Shown here in pieces: positions 19,882 to 29,194 of a DNA stretch of 64,000 nucleotides. The stretch is from Promethearchaeota archaeon (lineage in GTDB: Archaea > Asgardarchaeota > Lokiarchaeia > Sigyniarchaeales > SOKP01): the NCBI GenBank assembly GCA_048938895.1, contig JBHLLU010000002.1:1-64000 (forward strand), in the 5' to 3' direction. Numbering within the stretch: the first letter of the stretch is position 1; each line of letters begins with the position of its first letter. Made by a program: the position numbers and the translations under genes. Below the pieces are notes generated by a model. The model did no database searches, was not told the DNA's origin, and saw only the letters and a list, made by a program, of their open reading frames with translations.

Positions 19882-19945
19882 AATCTAAACCAATTTTTTT
19901 TTTTTTATAATATCAACTTTTAAATTTTTTAAAAAAATGTCTTAA

Positions 19946-20746
19946 ATGAAAAGTAAAAAAATAGTAATTTTGGACAAACAAATAGCAGAATCAAGTTTTC
20001 ATAAGTATCTCATCATGAATATCCATAAATTGTTTAACACTAATTTTTTATTAATTCTTTCAATATCCATGCTTCTAATTAACTTATTTCTTATTATAGT
20101 ATTGACATCTTTTAACATTATTGTATGGGGTGAACCTAATCGGGTAGTATACATCATATTTTTTTATCATGTCTCTGGTGCATGGCTTGCCTATTTATCC
20201 TTTGGAATTAGTTTATTGTTTCATGCTCTTTATTTAAAGAAACGAAATATAAATTGGAATCGATTAGGAACAAATAGTATAATTGTTGGAGTATTCTTTA
20301 CTATTTTTGCTTTAATTACCGGATCTCTGTGGTATAATGCTACTTCTGGAGATTATAACAATATTTTTTGGCAATGGAGTGATGCCAGACAAACAATGAC
20401 ATTTGTTTTACTCCTTTCTTATTTAGCTTATTTAATTTTTAGGAGTATGATTGAAGACAAAGAAAAGAGGGCAAAATTGTCGTCTGTATTAGGCGTTGCT
20501 TTATTTCCTACCGTTCCATTAAGCTACTTTTCAGCTTTAATATTTACAAGTTTACACCCTCTAATTAATCCCTCACCGGGTGAACCAGGTAATATTTACT
20601 GGGATCCAATCAAATTATTTATGTTAATATTTAATTTAACAGCTATAACTATCCTATTTTTTTATATTATTAATAAATTTGGAGAATTAGATAAAGCAAA
20701 GGCAGAATTAAATGAAATTATACAAAAAAGATTAGGAGAGGTATAA
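19946..20746 (+). CDS. ccmC: Cytochrome c maturation heme exporter CcmC
   Basis: FFYHV and TSLHP His ligands, LITGSLW...FWQWSDARQT variant WWD domain. Confidence 0.88.
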   Translation: MKSKKIVILDKQIAESSFHKYLIMNIHKLFNTNFLLILSISMLLINLFLIIVLTSFNIIVWGEPNRVVYIIFFYHVSGAWLAYLSFGISLLFHALYLKKRNINWNRLGTNSIIVGVFFTIFALITGSLWYNATSGDYNNIFWQWSDARQTMTFVLLLSYLAYLIFRSMIEDKEKRAKLSSVLGVALFPTVPLSYFSALIFTSLHPLINPSPGEPGNIYWDPIKLFMLIFNLTAITILFFYIINKFGELDKAKAELNEIIQKRLGEV

Positions 20747-20751
20747 ATAAA

Positions 20752-20907
20752 ATGATATTACAACATTTGTCTTCAGACATAATAACGATAACTATTGCCT
20801 ATATTTTATTCTGGGCAGTCATAATTATTTTAATCGTATATCCTAAACTTCGATTAAAAAAAATATCAGAGAGAATTAAAAAATTGGAGAAAAATCTAAA
20901 GGAGTAA
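20752..20907 (+). CDS. ccmD: CcmD-like single-TM protein (51 aa, not in ORF track)
   Basis: MILQHLSSDIITITIAYILFWAVIIILIVYPKLRLKKISERIKKLEKNLKE*; AYxxxW TM plus charged helix, between ccmC and ccmE. Confidence 0.75.
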   Translation: MILQHLSSDIITITIAYILFWAVIIILIVYPKLRLKKISERIKKLEKNLKE

Positions 20908-20915
20908 ATTGAAAT

Positions 20916-21260
20916 ATGAGAAAGAAGAAAACTAAAATTATTGCTTTGGTCGGTATTACCATATCTATTATAGTTATCGCAGTAATGCTAACAAAGGCTG
21001 CTCGTCCTTATCTTAAGGTTTCTCAAGTAGCTTCAAATCCTTCTAGATATGATAATAAAGAAATTCAGGTTATAGGAATTGTGCAAGGATTTATAGATAG
21101 TAATTTTAATTTAACGGAAAGTGATTATAGCATTTTAATTGATATAAATGGTTTAACTCCTCCAACTGATTTGAAAAATGGGATTGAAGTTGTAGTTACT
21201 GGAGTATTTAATTTATCCATGATAATGTTAGCAAACCAGATTCTTACACAATGTAGTTAA
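20916..21260 (+). CDS. ccmE: Heme chaperone CcmE, Cys type, C-terminally truncated
   Basis: N-terminal TM, PYLKVSQ, IQVIGIV, P.DLKNGIEVVVTG, ANQILTQCS*; lacks the PSKY that follows C in CxxxY-type CcmE. Confidence 0.85.
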   Translation: MRKKKTKIIALVGITISIIVIAVMLTKAARPYLKVSQVASNPSRYDNKEIQVIGIVQGFIDSNFNLTESDYSILIDINGLTPPTDLKNGIEVVVTGVFNLSMIMLANQILTQCS

Positions 21261-21267
21261 ATTTTCT

Positions 21268-21993
21268 TTATTCATAGAGAAGTGTTTCTGAAGTTAATGA
21301 TAAAATTGAACTCATGAGGATGATATGGGCACTAAAAAAGATAATCTCATAAGATAAACTTGAAATTGACTCTCCTTCTAAAATTTTGATATTTATTGAT
21401 ATAATCGGTGTGATTATTGGTAATATTAAAGGAAATAGTAAAATTGGTAACACAAACGATTTATTTTTAACATACATTGATAACGCAGAAACTAAACTCC
21501 CACAGATTGACAAATCAAAAGAAGGTATTAACACCCCCAAACTAATAAAAAGAGATAATTGGGTGAGGTTGAAATTAGGAATTGATGGAATAGATATAAA
21601 GACACTAAACAGAAAGAGGATAATCTCAACAAAACACAATAATATAAAACAAAATACGGTTTTACTTAATATAATTAAGTTTCCAGAAACAGGAGCTGAG
21701 AGTAATCCCCCAATTGTTCCTGAATCTTTTTCCTTAACAAAAAGTTTTGTCATTATATAAACAAGTGTAAAGAATATAATAAGCCAATTTTCAATAACAA
21801 AAATCTCCAATGGCATAGACTGATATTGAGTTCCAAAGTTATAAACAGAAGAAAATATAAAAATAGAGATTATATCAAAGAGAAAAATTGAAAATAAATC
21901 ATTAATTTGTCGAAGTTCTGATTTAAGATCCTTGAATAGAATTACTTTAAATTGTTTCAGTCTAGATTTAAAAGTAATTTTCTCATTTTTCAA
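21268..21993 (-). CDS. ccmB: Heme exporter protein CcmB
   Basis: KDLKSELR, FVKEKDSGT..LLSAP, LPILLFPLILPI motifs. Confidence 0.9.
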   Translation of the reverse strand: MKNEKITFKSRLKQFKVILFKDLKSELRQINDLFSIFLFDIISIFIFSSVYNFGTQYQSMPLEIFVIENWLIIFFTLVYIMTKLFVKEKDSGTIGGLLSAPVSGNLIILSKTVFCFILLCFVEIILFLFSVFISIPSIPNFNLTQLSLFISLGVLIPSFDLSICGSLVSALSMYVKNKSFVLPILLFPLILPIITPIISINIKILEGESISSLSYEIIFFSAHIILMSSILSLTSETLLYE

Positions 21994-22005
21994 AATTGAA
22001 TCACC

Positions 22006-22719
22006 TTAAAATAAAGATTTAATGTTGATTTCATTAAATTCGTCATGTGCCACTGTTCCATTAATTCTTCCTTTTTTTAAAATTATTATATTATCACATA
22101 ATTGTTGATATACATCAATATTGTGAGTTGTGAGAACTATTGATATGTTTTGGTTCCTTTTTAATTCTTTAAAAAAATTTATTAACATTTCAGTAGCATT
22201 GTAATCTAATCCCGAAAAAGGTTCATCCAGAAACAGTAAAGAGGGTTCATGAATTAAAATTCTAATTAATTCTACTTTCTGTTTCATTCCATGGGATAAA
22301 ATTCTGACAGGTTCGTGGATCCAATCTGTCAGGGTAAATTTTTCACAAAACTGTTCAATTCTATCTGCAACCTTCTTTTTTTCAAAATTTAAATGTAACT
22401 TAGCATAATAAAGTAAATTTTCAAAAATTGTTAACTCTTCAAAGAGAAATGATTCATCACTAGTGATCCCAATATTTTGTCTAATGATACTTGAATTTTC
22501 TTCATAATTCATTCCATAAATTAATATATTCCCAATTGTCGGTTTTAAAAGACCGGATAAAATTTTAATTAATGTTGTTTTTCCCGCTCCATTTGCCCCT
22601 GCAATCCCAAATATTGTATTTTCTTTAATTGTAAAAGATATTTTTTTAAGAGCAAAAAAAAATCCAAATTGTTTGGAGACATTCAGGCAATTTACTGCAT
22701 CTTTTTCGGATTCTGCCAT
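22006..22719 (-). CDS. ccmA: Heme exporter ATPase CcmA
   Basis: GANGAGKTT, LSHGMKQK, LFLDEPFSGLD; lies between ccmF and ccmB. Confidence 0.85.
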   Translation of the reverse strand: MAESEKDAVNCLNVSKQFGFFFALKKISFTIKENTIFGIAGANGAGKTTLIKILSGLLKPTIGNILIYGMNYEENSSIIRQNIGITSDESFLFEELTIFENLLYYAKLHLNFEKKKVADRIEQFCEKFTLTDWIHEPVRILSHGMKQKVELIRILIHEPSLLFLDEPFSGLDYNATEMLINFFKELKRNQNISIVLTTHNIDVYQQLCDNIIILKKGRINGTVAHDEFNEINIKSLF

Positions 22720-22842
22720 GATAGATTTCTAACGTCTTAACGAAATTTAAAGTTCAATTTAGAATGCTTATAAAAAGTAATTTAATATTATATATATCTA
22801 TTTCTCCTATATGTTTTTCTAGTGGTGACAATTTTCCCATAA

Positions 22843-24579
22843 CTACTCTGCTTTACTAATGAATTTACTTGAAAGAAAAGTTCTAAATATTGAAGGAATT
22901 ATTCCCACCAAAAATAGGAAGAAACCTGTTATGAAAAAAAAATCTTGAAAAATATGAAATGTTAATGGAATTAGTGTGCCTACAAGAATGAACGACATAC
23001 CTAAATGGATAATTGTCTTAGAATTTAACCTGAAAAAATATACAATTCCTTTTCTCATTGTAAGATTTCTTGTAAGCTTATAAAATGAAAAAAATATAGA
23101 AGCGAAATATATTGCTATTATTGGATTTATCCAAAATCCTGTTAATGATCGTAATGAGAAAGACAATATCGATTGAATTGATATCACTAAAATTAATGCT
23201 AAACTTATTTTCTTTAGATCAAAATATTCATATGTGGAGCAAAAAATTAGTGTTATAGATAACCCAAATGCTAGAATTAAAAGAATTATAATATAGAACT
23301 CAGGACCAATATAAACTTCATTTATGGAAAGATAATTTGATAAGATATTAGTTAAGGGAGTAATAAAAAGTCCAAAAATGCAAATAAACGCTATTGCAAA
23401 CAAAAAAAAATAGCTTAAATAATCAAATAGTAGTTTTTTGCTTTTATATTCTTCTAACAAATAGTCTAAGATAATATATATTACATATAGAGAACTGCAT
23501 GTTAATATTAAGCCTACTATTGCTGTCCAAATTATTAATTCAGTCGTTCCAGTGAAAGAATGAATTGGTGAAATTCCACCCCTAGTAATTAATGTAGAAT
23601 ATATTATGGATATGAAAATCATTCCGACATTTATTTTTATTAGAATAGGATTTTTTTTTTTGAAAATAATGGTGTGAAAGAAGGCAGTACTTAAAAGCCA
23701 TGGGATAAGCGATACAGTTTCAACGGGATCCCAACCCCAATATCGTCCCCAATTTATAGCAATTTTAGCCCAATATGCACCTAATCCAATACTTAAGGTG
23801 AGAACTAGCCATCCAAATTTAGCTGAAAAATCATAAAAATTCTGTTCATATGAATTCATTGGTTTTGAGTTCTTTGAAATTATTTCAGCTAATGTTATTG
23901 TGAATGGTATCAAAAATATTGCATAAGCAATAAAAGTAAAAAACGGATGCCAAATCATAAATGGTGACATTAATATAGGTCTAGGATCTAGACTAGGATC
24001 TAAATCTGGATTTCCGTTTAATGAAGCAGGTGTTAAATCTACCTTAAATGGATTCATAGTAAATAAAATAATAAAAAAGACAATTAAAATGAGTAATGAA
24101 ATAATTGTTGAACGAATAAAGACTAAGTCTTCTTTATTTTGGTTTTTTAATCTATAAAAATATATTACTATCGAATTGAATACCATCCAAGTCAATATTG
24201 AACCATGTTCCCCTGCCCATATAAAAACAATTTTATAGATTAGAGGTAGTGCTGAATTACTATAATTAATAACATATAAAAATTCAAATAAATCATTAAG
24301 AAAACTGTATAAAAAGAGAATAAATATAGATAGGATAAGGAACAGATTGAGAAAAGAAAATAATTGATAATTCAACCTTTTAACAATTAGAAAGAATAAA
24401 TCAAAGAGCGATAAAACAATTAATATAAGCAAAAAAGCATTACCGAGAAATGATATCACAATTATTCTATTACGATATTCTATGAAATCTAAGATTATTG
24501 GTAAAAATGTGAATAACAAAATAACTAATAACCCTTGAATTATTATGGGCTTTCCAGACTGTAATTTTTTAAACTTCAT
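22843..24579 (-). CDS. ccmF: Cytochrome c heme lyase CcmF
   Basis: WAGEHGS, WHPF, WGRYWGWDPVET (WWD), FFHT, TRGG.SPIHSF. Confidence 0.93.
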   Translation of the reverse strand: MKFKKLQSGKPIIIQGLLVILLFTFLPIILDFIEYRNRIIVISFLGNAFLLILIVLSLFDLFFLIVKRLNYQLFSFLNLFLILSIFILFLYSFLNDLFEFLYVINYSNSALPLIYKIVFIWAGEHGSILTWMVFNSIVIYFYRLKNQNKEDLVFIRSTIISLLILIVFFIILFTMNPFKVDLTPASLNGNPDLDPSLDPRPILMSPFMIWHPFFTFIAYAIFLIPFTITLAEIISKNSKPMNSYEQNFYDFSAKFGWLVLTLSIGLGAYWAKIAINWGRYWGWDPVETVSLIPWLLSTAFFHTIIFKKKNPILIKINVGMIFISIIYSTLITRGGISPIHSFTGTTELIIWTAIVGLILTCSSLYVIYIILDYLLEEYKSKKLLFDYLSYFFLFAIAFICIFGLFITPLTNILSNYLSINEVYIGPEFYIIILLILAFGLSITLIFCSTYEYFDLKKISLALILVISIQSILSFSLRSLTGFWINPIIAIYFASIFFSFYKLTRNLTMRKGIVYFFRLNSKTIIHLGMSFILVGTLIPLTFHIFQDFFFITGFFLFLVGIIPSIFRTFLSSKFISKAE

Positions 24580-24772
24580 AAAATTGACCTAAAATGAATT
24601 TATTAAATAATTTTATTAAATATTTTTATTATCGAATAAAATAGGAATAAAATAGGGGAAAATATTGCTATAATCTTTTAAAAAAGCTATAGATTTTAAA
24701 ATATATCGATCAAATTTTTAAATTTCTTATACAAATAAGAAATAAACTTATTTATTAAAAGGGGAATATCAA

Positions 24773-25648
24773 ATGAAAAAGAAAACTCTCATCCTTTTCC
24801 TTAGTATAACCGGTTTAATTTTTATATCGCTGTTTTTGTTCGGAAGTTCTAGACCTTCTTTTGGGAATAATCATGAATCAAGTGGGTGTCATGGGAATTC
24901 TGGGGGGTATTCCATATCAAGCACAGCACCAATTACAACCGTTGTTAACAATACATCATATACATCATTTAATGTTACTGCTACAGGACCAGACTTATTT
25001 GTACATACTTATCCCGGTGCTAAAGATAATGATCTATTTAATATATTACCTACATCTGATAGAATAGTCGATGGTTCTGCAGACGATTTAGATCCTGCTG
25101 CTAATGTAATTATAGTTGCTTATAACGTGACTCCCACAGTAGAACAGAAATCATACACAATTTTCATAATAGCAGGAGATAATTCAACAGGGCAGCCTCC
25201 TTTTGCTTATATTGAAATAACAATTGGAGCTGCTCCTAAAATTGATATACTTTCAAATATATTTGACCATTTAGGGTTATATTTAGGTTTGCCTGCTTTA
25301 TTACTAATATCCGTTGCTACTGTTTTGGTGCTTGTAAATGAAAATAAATTCGTAAAAACGCACGGACTTATGGCAGGTGGTGCTTGGATACTAACTGTAA
25401 TCAATGTAGTTGTAGCAGTTATAAAAATATCACCAAATGCATGGTTAAAAGGATATCCTCTCGTCTATCATTTACCTCATATAATCTTTGGGGCTTTTGG
25501 CTTAGTTACAGGCTTTTTCAGTATGTTATTTGGAATTGCTGCTGAGAGATCACCTGCGAAAATTACTGGTTATATCACATTGGCATGTTGGTGGGCTGCT
25601 TTCTTTTTGGGATTTTTCCTTAATAATAATCTTTTACTAATATCATAA
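24773..25648 (+). CDS. Exported domain with HESSGCH motif fused to a 4-TM His-containing (cytochrome b561/DUF420-like) domain
   Basis: N-terminal signal/TM, HESSGCH at 24872-24892, KDNDLF shared with the paralogs, TM region with KTHGLM and YHLPHII. Confidence 0.7.
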   Translation: MKKKTLILFLSITGLIFISLFLFGSSRPSFGNNHESSGCHGNSGGYSISSTAPITTVVNNTSYTSFNVTATGPDLFVHTYPGAKDNDLFNILPTSDRIVDGSADDLDPAANVIIVAYNVTPTVEQKSYTIFIIAGDNSTGQPPFAYIEITIGAAPKIDILSNIFDHLGLYLGLPALLLISVATVLVLVNENKFVKTHGLMAGGAWILTVINVVVAVIKISPNAWLKGYPLVYHLPHIIFGAFGLVTGFFSMLFGIAAERSPAKITGYITLACWWAAFFLGFFLNNNLLLIS

Positions 25649-25667
25649 TTATGGGTGTCATGATTAA

Positions 25668-27161
25668 TTGAATATAGCTAACAATATTGAAGCAAAACCA
25701 AAAATAGAAACGGGAAAGAAAAAAGATCTCGAAAGTAAGTTCTTAGAGTTTATATCTCCATACCATGTAAGCACCAATCCATTTGAACTCGAATCTGCTT
25801 CAGCAGATCTTACTTCCTTACCATCTTATCATTACAAATTTAAAAAGAGTTATCTTGCGAGTCATATTATTCGTCCAGCTAATATTGATCAGCTTTCATT
25901 GGCCATTCAAATTTGTAGAGAACGTAATATCCCAGTTACGATTAGAGCCGCCGGTACTTCCTGTTTTTCCTCAGCAACACCTTCTAAAGGAGGGGTTATT
26001 ATAGATACGCGTAGATTAAATAAGGTTCTTGAAGTCAGTAAAGATAAAATGATTGTCAAGGTTGAAAGTGGAATTTCCTGGTTGAATTTAATTGAAGCAC
26101 TCGCAGATTATGGACTTGAACCGAAATGCTTTCCAACTAGTTTTAAGACGTCATGTGTTGGTGGTTTTATTGGAACTCCGGGAAAAGCCGGAATTGGAGT
26201 GATAAAATATGGAGCAATGGAGGAATCAATAATCTCATTAGATTTAGTAAAACCAGACGGGGCCATTATTAATATCTCTAGAGATTCTAAAGAAGAAATA
26301 TCTCTAAAAGATGTGATTGGCACTTATGGTATATACGGAGCTATAGCAAATGTCGAATTATCAGTAACGACTCTTAAAACTTCTTTAGAAATTATTGGTT
26401 ATGGGTTTAATTCGATTGAGCAAGCATTTAAATTATATAGAACACTCAAAAATGATCTCCCTCATAAACCTCTATTTCTGTCAATTTCAGAAAGAGATTT
26501 TGAAAAATATTCACATGTAACTTTTCCAAAACAAGAATGGATAGTTTGGGCTGTATTTTACGATGATCCTGAACTAACTTCAAAAAGTATATCGGAAGTT
26601 AAGAATTATGCTTCTACAATGGAAACATTTGAAGTTGATAATGCTTATCTAAAAGAAAAGTGGCGTGATATCAGTGACGCTGAAGTATCAATTGGACTAT
26701 CAACCAGGAATTTAATCTTCCAGGAGTATTGGATTTCTGATAAAAGAATAGATGATTTCATAAAACTTTATTTAAAAGAAAAACAGAAATATAAATTCCC
26801 CACTGCTTCTTATTTGATATCAGGTGATAAGGATTTCACTAGAGTCAAGATTTTTGGACTTACTGATCTAAGCAAACCAATCGAATTTTTTACAGTGAAA
26901 GCATTTTTGCATGAGTTTGCTGTTAATGCATTTAATAAGGGAGATCGACTATATACTATCGGAATTGTCAACACTTTTTATCTACTTAAATTTAAGCCAG
27001 AAGAAGTTAAGAAATGGAAGATCCTCAAGGAAAAATTAGATCCAATGAATTTATTCAATTCATATAGATTAACTGAAGCCAGAATGAAATTCTGGAGAGT
27101 TTCTTTGCTGTTTAAAACAGCAAAAATATTATACAAGATGTTTTTAAAAAAATATATTTAA
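25668..27161 (+). CDS. FAD-binding oxidoreductase (GlcD/VAO-PCMH family)
   Basis: PVTIRAAGTS, VKVESGISW, SCVGGFI, GTYGIYG, K.KLDPMNLFN. Confidence 0.88.
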   Translation: MNIANNIEAKPKIETGKKKDLESKFLEFISPYHVSTNPFELESASADLTSLPSYHYKFKKSYLASHIIRPANIDQLSLAIQICRERNIPVTIRAAGTSCFSSATPSKGGVIIDTRRLNKVLEVSKDKMIVKVESGISWLNLIEALADYGLEPKCFPTSFKTSCVGGFIGTPGKAGIGVIKYGAMEESIISLDLVKPDGAIINISRDSKEEISLKDVIGTYGIYGAIANVELSVTTLKTSLEIIGYGFNSIEQAFKLYRTLKNDLPHKPLFLSISERDFEKYSHVTFPKQEWIVWAVFYDDPELTSKSISEVKNYASTMETFEVDNAYLKEKWRDISDAEVSIGLSTRNLIFQEYWISDKRIDDFIKLYLKEKQKYKFPTASYLISGDKDFTRVKIFGLTDLSKPIEFFTVKAFLHEFAVNAFNKGDRLYTIGIVNTFYLLKFKPEEVKKWKILKEKLDPMNLFNSYRLTEARMKFWRVSLLFKTAKILYKMFLKKYI

Positions 27162-27269
27162 ATACTAAAATCAAATCAATAGAAAAAGGTATATTATATA
27201 ATAATTAGGTTTAATACACACTAAAATCTCTCTCAATACAAAAAAGAATTAAAAAGGAGATTATAATAA

Positions 27270-28610
27270 ATGAGTGAGGGTAAAGAAAAAAAAGACTTAA
27301 AAGATGTAATTACTACCGGGCCACCAGTAGCAGGGCTAGTTTCTCCTTCAAGAGATAACCTCAAAGAACCTTCAGAAAAATTTAAAGACAAATACTCTTA
27401 TGAGCGTTGTACTCATTGTGGATATTGTCGCCATGTTTGTAAGGTGTATAATACGTCATGGAGTGAAACTGATTACGCTGGAGGTCGCAATAGAATTATC
27501 AAAGCGTTAGATCGTAAAGATATAAAATTCGATAAGGATGATATAATACCTTCAGTATTTCGTTGCATGTTGTGTGGCAATTGTAAAATAGTTTGTCCTG
27601 TAGGTGTTGATACTTTAAGTGTTTTTCAAAACCTCCGAAAGGAAGTTGTAAAAAAAGGGGCAATGCCAGAAAAGTTAAAAGCTCTTAAAGGTTCGATAAT
27701 AGCAAATAACAATCCTTTCCTTGAAAAACACGTTGATAGATTTAATTGGTGTGAATCTTGTGAAGAAGGAGCCGAAGCCTATGAGCGTGCAAAACAGAGA
27801 ACTACAGTAAAAGAAGAAGAAAGCACTTATCCCGTTGGTTATTTCGTTGGGTGTACATCTTCATATAGAAATAAAGAACTAGTTTCCGCAACAAGCCAAG
27901 TTTTAAATAAATTAGGTATCGAATTCGTTCTTTTTCCAGAAGAGAGGTGTTGTGGTTCAGTATTATTTCGTACAGGTTTGGAAGATGAAGCGCTTGAGTT
28001 AGTAAAGCATAATACTGAAATGGTTCGCAAGAGTGGTGTAAAAGATGTGGTATTTTCATGTTCTGGATGTTTTTCAACTTTCAATTTAGAATATACTAGG
28101 CTTGCAGATTATAAATTAGGATTTAATCTCTATCATTTAACTCAATACGTTTTAAAAGTTGTTAAAGAAAAAAATTTAAAAATCAGATACACAAAACGTA
28201 CTAAAGATAATCCCTTACTAATAACTTATCATGACCCTTGTCATTTAGGCAGATATTGTGGTGTTTATGAAGAACCTAGAGAACTTATTCGGATGATTGA
28301 AGGAGTAAAATTATTTGAAATGAAACATAATAAAGATATGGCCTGGTGTTGCGGTGCTGGAGGTGGAGTAAAAGCATTATATGGTGATATCGCTGCTGAA
28401 GTTGGTAGGGATAGAATAACAGAAACTCGTACATGTATGGTGCGGATACGTGAAGATCGGTTGAAAGAAGCGTTAGAGACAAGCGCAGAAGTTCTTGTTA
28501 GTTCTTGTGTTTTTTGCAAAAACAATTTATTTCAGGTTGCAGTTGAAGATAACTCTCCAATTAAAGTTATGGATATCTCACAATTATTACTCGATTGTGA
28601 ATTTTACTAA
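27270..28610 (+). CDS. Fe-S oxidoreductase with 2x[4Fe-4S] and two CCG domains (HdrD/GlcF-like)
   Basis: CTHCGYCRHVC, CMLCGNCKIVCP, YFVGC..CCGS..CSGC, YHDPCHLGR..CCGAGGG..SCVFC. Confidence 0.9.
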   Translation: MSEGKEKKDLKDVITTGPPVAGLVSPSRDNLKEPSEKFKDKYSYERCTHCGYCRHVCKVYNTSWSETDYAGGRNRIIKALDRKDIKFDKDDIIPSVFRCMLCGNCKIVCPVGVDTLSVFQNLRKEVVKKGAMPEKLKALKGSIIANNNPFLEKHVDRFNWCESCEEGAEAYERAKQRTTVKEEESTYPVGYFVGCTSSYRNKELVSATSQVLNKLGIEFVLFPEERCCGSVLFRTGLEDEALELVKHNTEMVRKSGVKDVVFSCSGCFSTFNLEYTRLADYKLGFNLYHLTQYVLKVVKEKNLKIRYTKRTKDNPLLITYHDPCHLGRYCGVYEEPRELIRMIEGVKLFEMKHNKDMAWCCGAGGGVKALYGDIAAEVGRDRITETRTCMVRIREDRLKEALETSAEVLVSSCVFCKNNLFQVAVEDNSPIKVMDISQLLLDCEFY

Positions 28611-28672
28611 AGTTAAGATTAATTCATTTTCCTTGCTTTAAAGAAGAAAGACTAAGATAATATAGAAATAAT

Positions 28673-28993
28673 TCATTTTTTCAATTTTTTAATAAGATGT
28701 CGAAATCCTTTGACTGGGTGTGAATATATCATTCGAGGTCCGGCATACCGCATAACTTTTCTAACTTTTTCTCTCATTTCACTTCTGTAACAGTGAATAG
28801 GGCATTTTTCGCACGTTGGTTTATTTTCACCATAGTGACAATTATTTAATCTTTGATTAGCGTATTCGTATAGTTCTAAACAATTTTCACAAAGATTATT
28901 CTTAGAGCCATGGAATTTTCTGCAAAACATGTGAATCATTGTCAGAATTGTTTTTCTCTCCATTTCTAAGGGATTTTTGGTATATTTAGACAT
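28673..28993 (-). CDS. YgbA / nitrous-oxide-stimulated promoter family protein
   Basis: E.KTI..MI.MFC..H, LC..C.EL..YA..RL..C, KPTC.KCPIHCY, VMRYAGPRM. Confidence 0.9.
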   Translation of the reverse strand: MSKYTKNPLEMERKTILTMIHMFCRKFHGSKNNLCENCLELYEYANQRLNNCHYGENKPTCEKCPIHCYRSEMREKVRKVMRYAGPRMIYSHPVKGFRHLIKKLKK

Positions 28994-29194
28994 GAATTCT
29001 AATTAACATCTTTTTGAACAATTCTACTAAAATGAAAAAACGACCTAAATTATTTTAGTGTACTACTTTTATTTTATAAAGATTTTTATTGATCAGAACA
29101 AAGCTGAATCTAATCATCAAATTCTCTGCCTCATAAATTATGACCATTAATTTAATACCTAAATTCTTTTAATTATCATTTCTTTTTTCTTATT

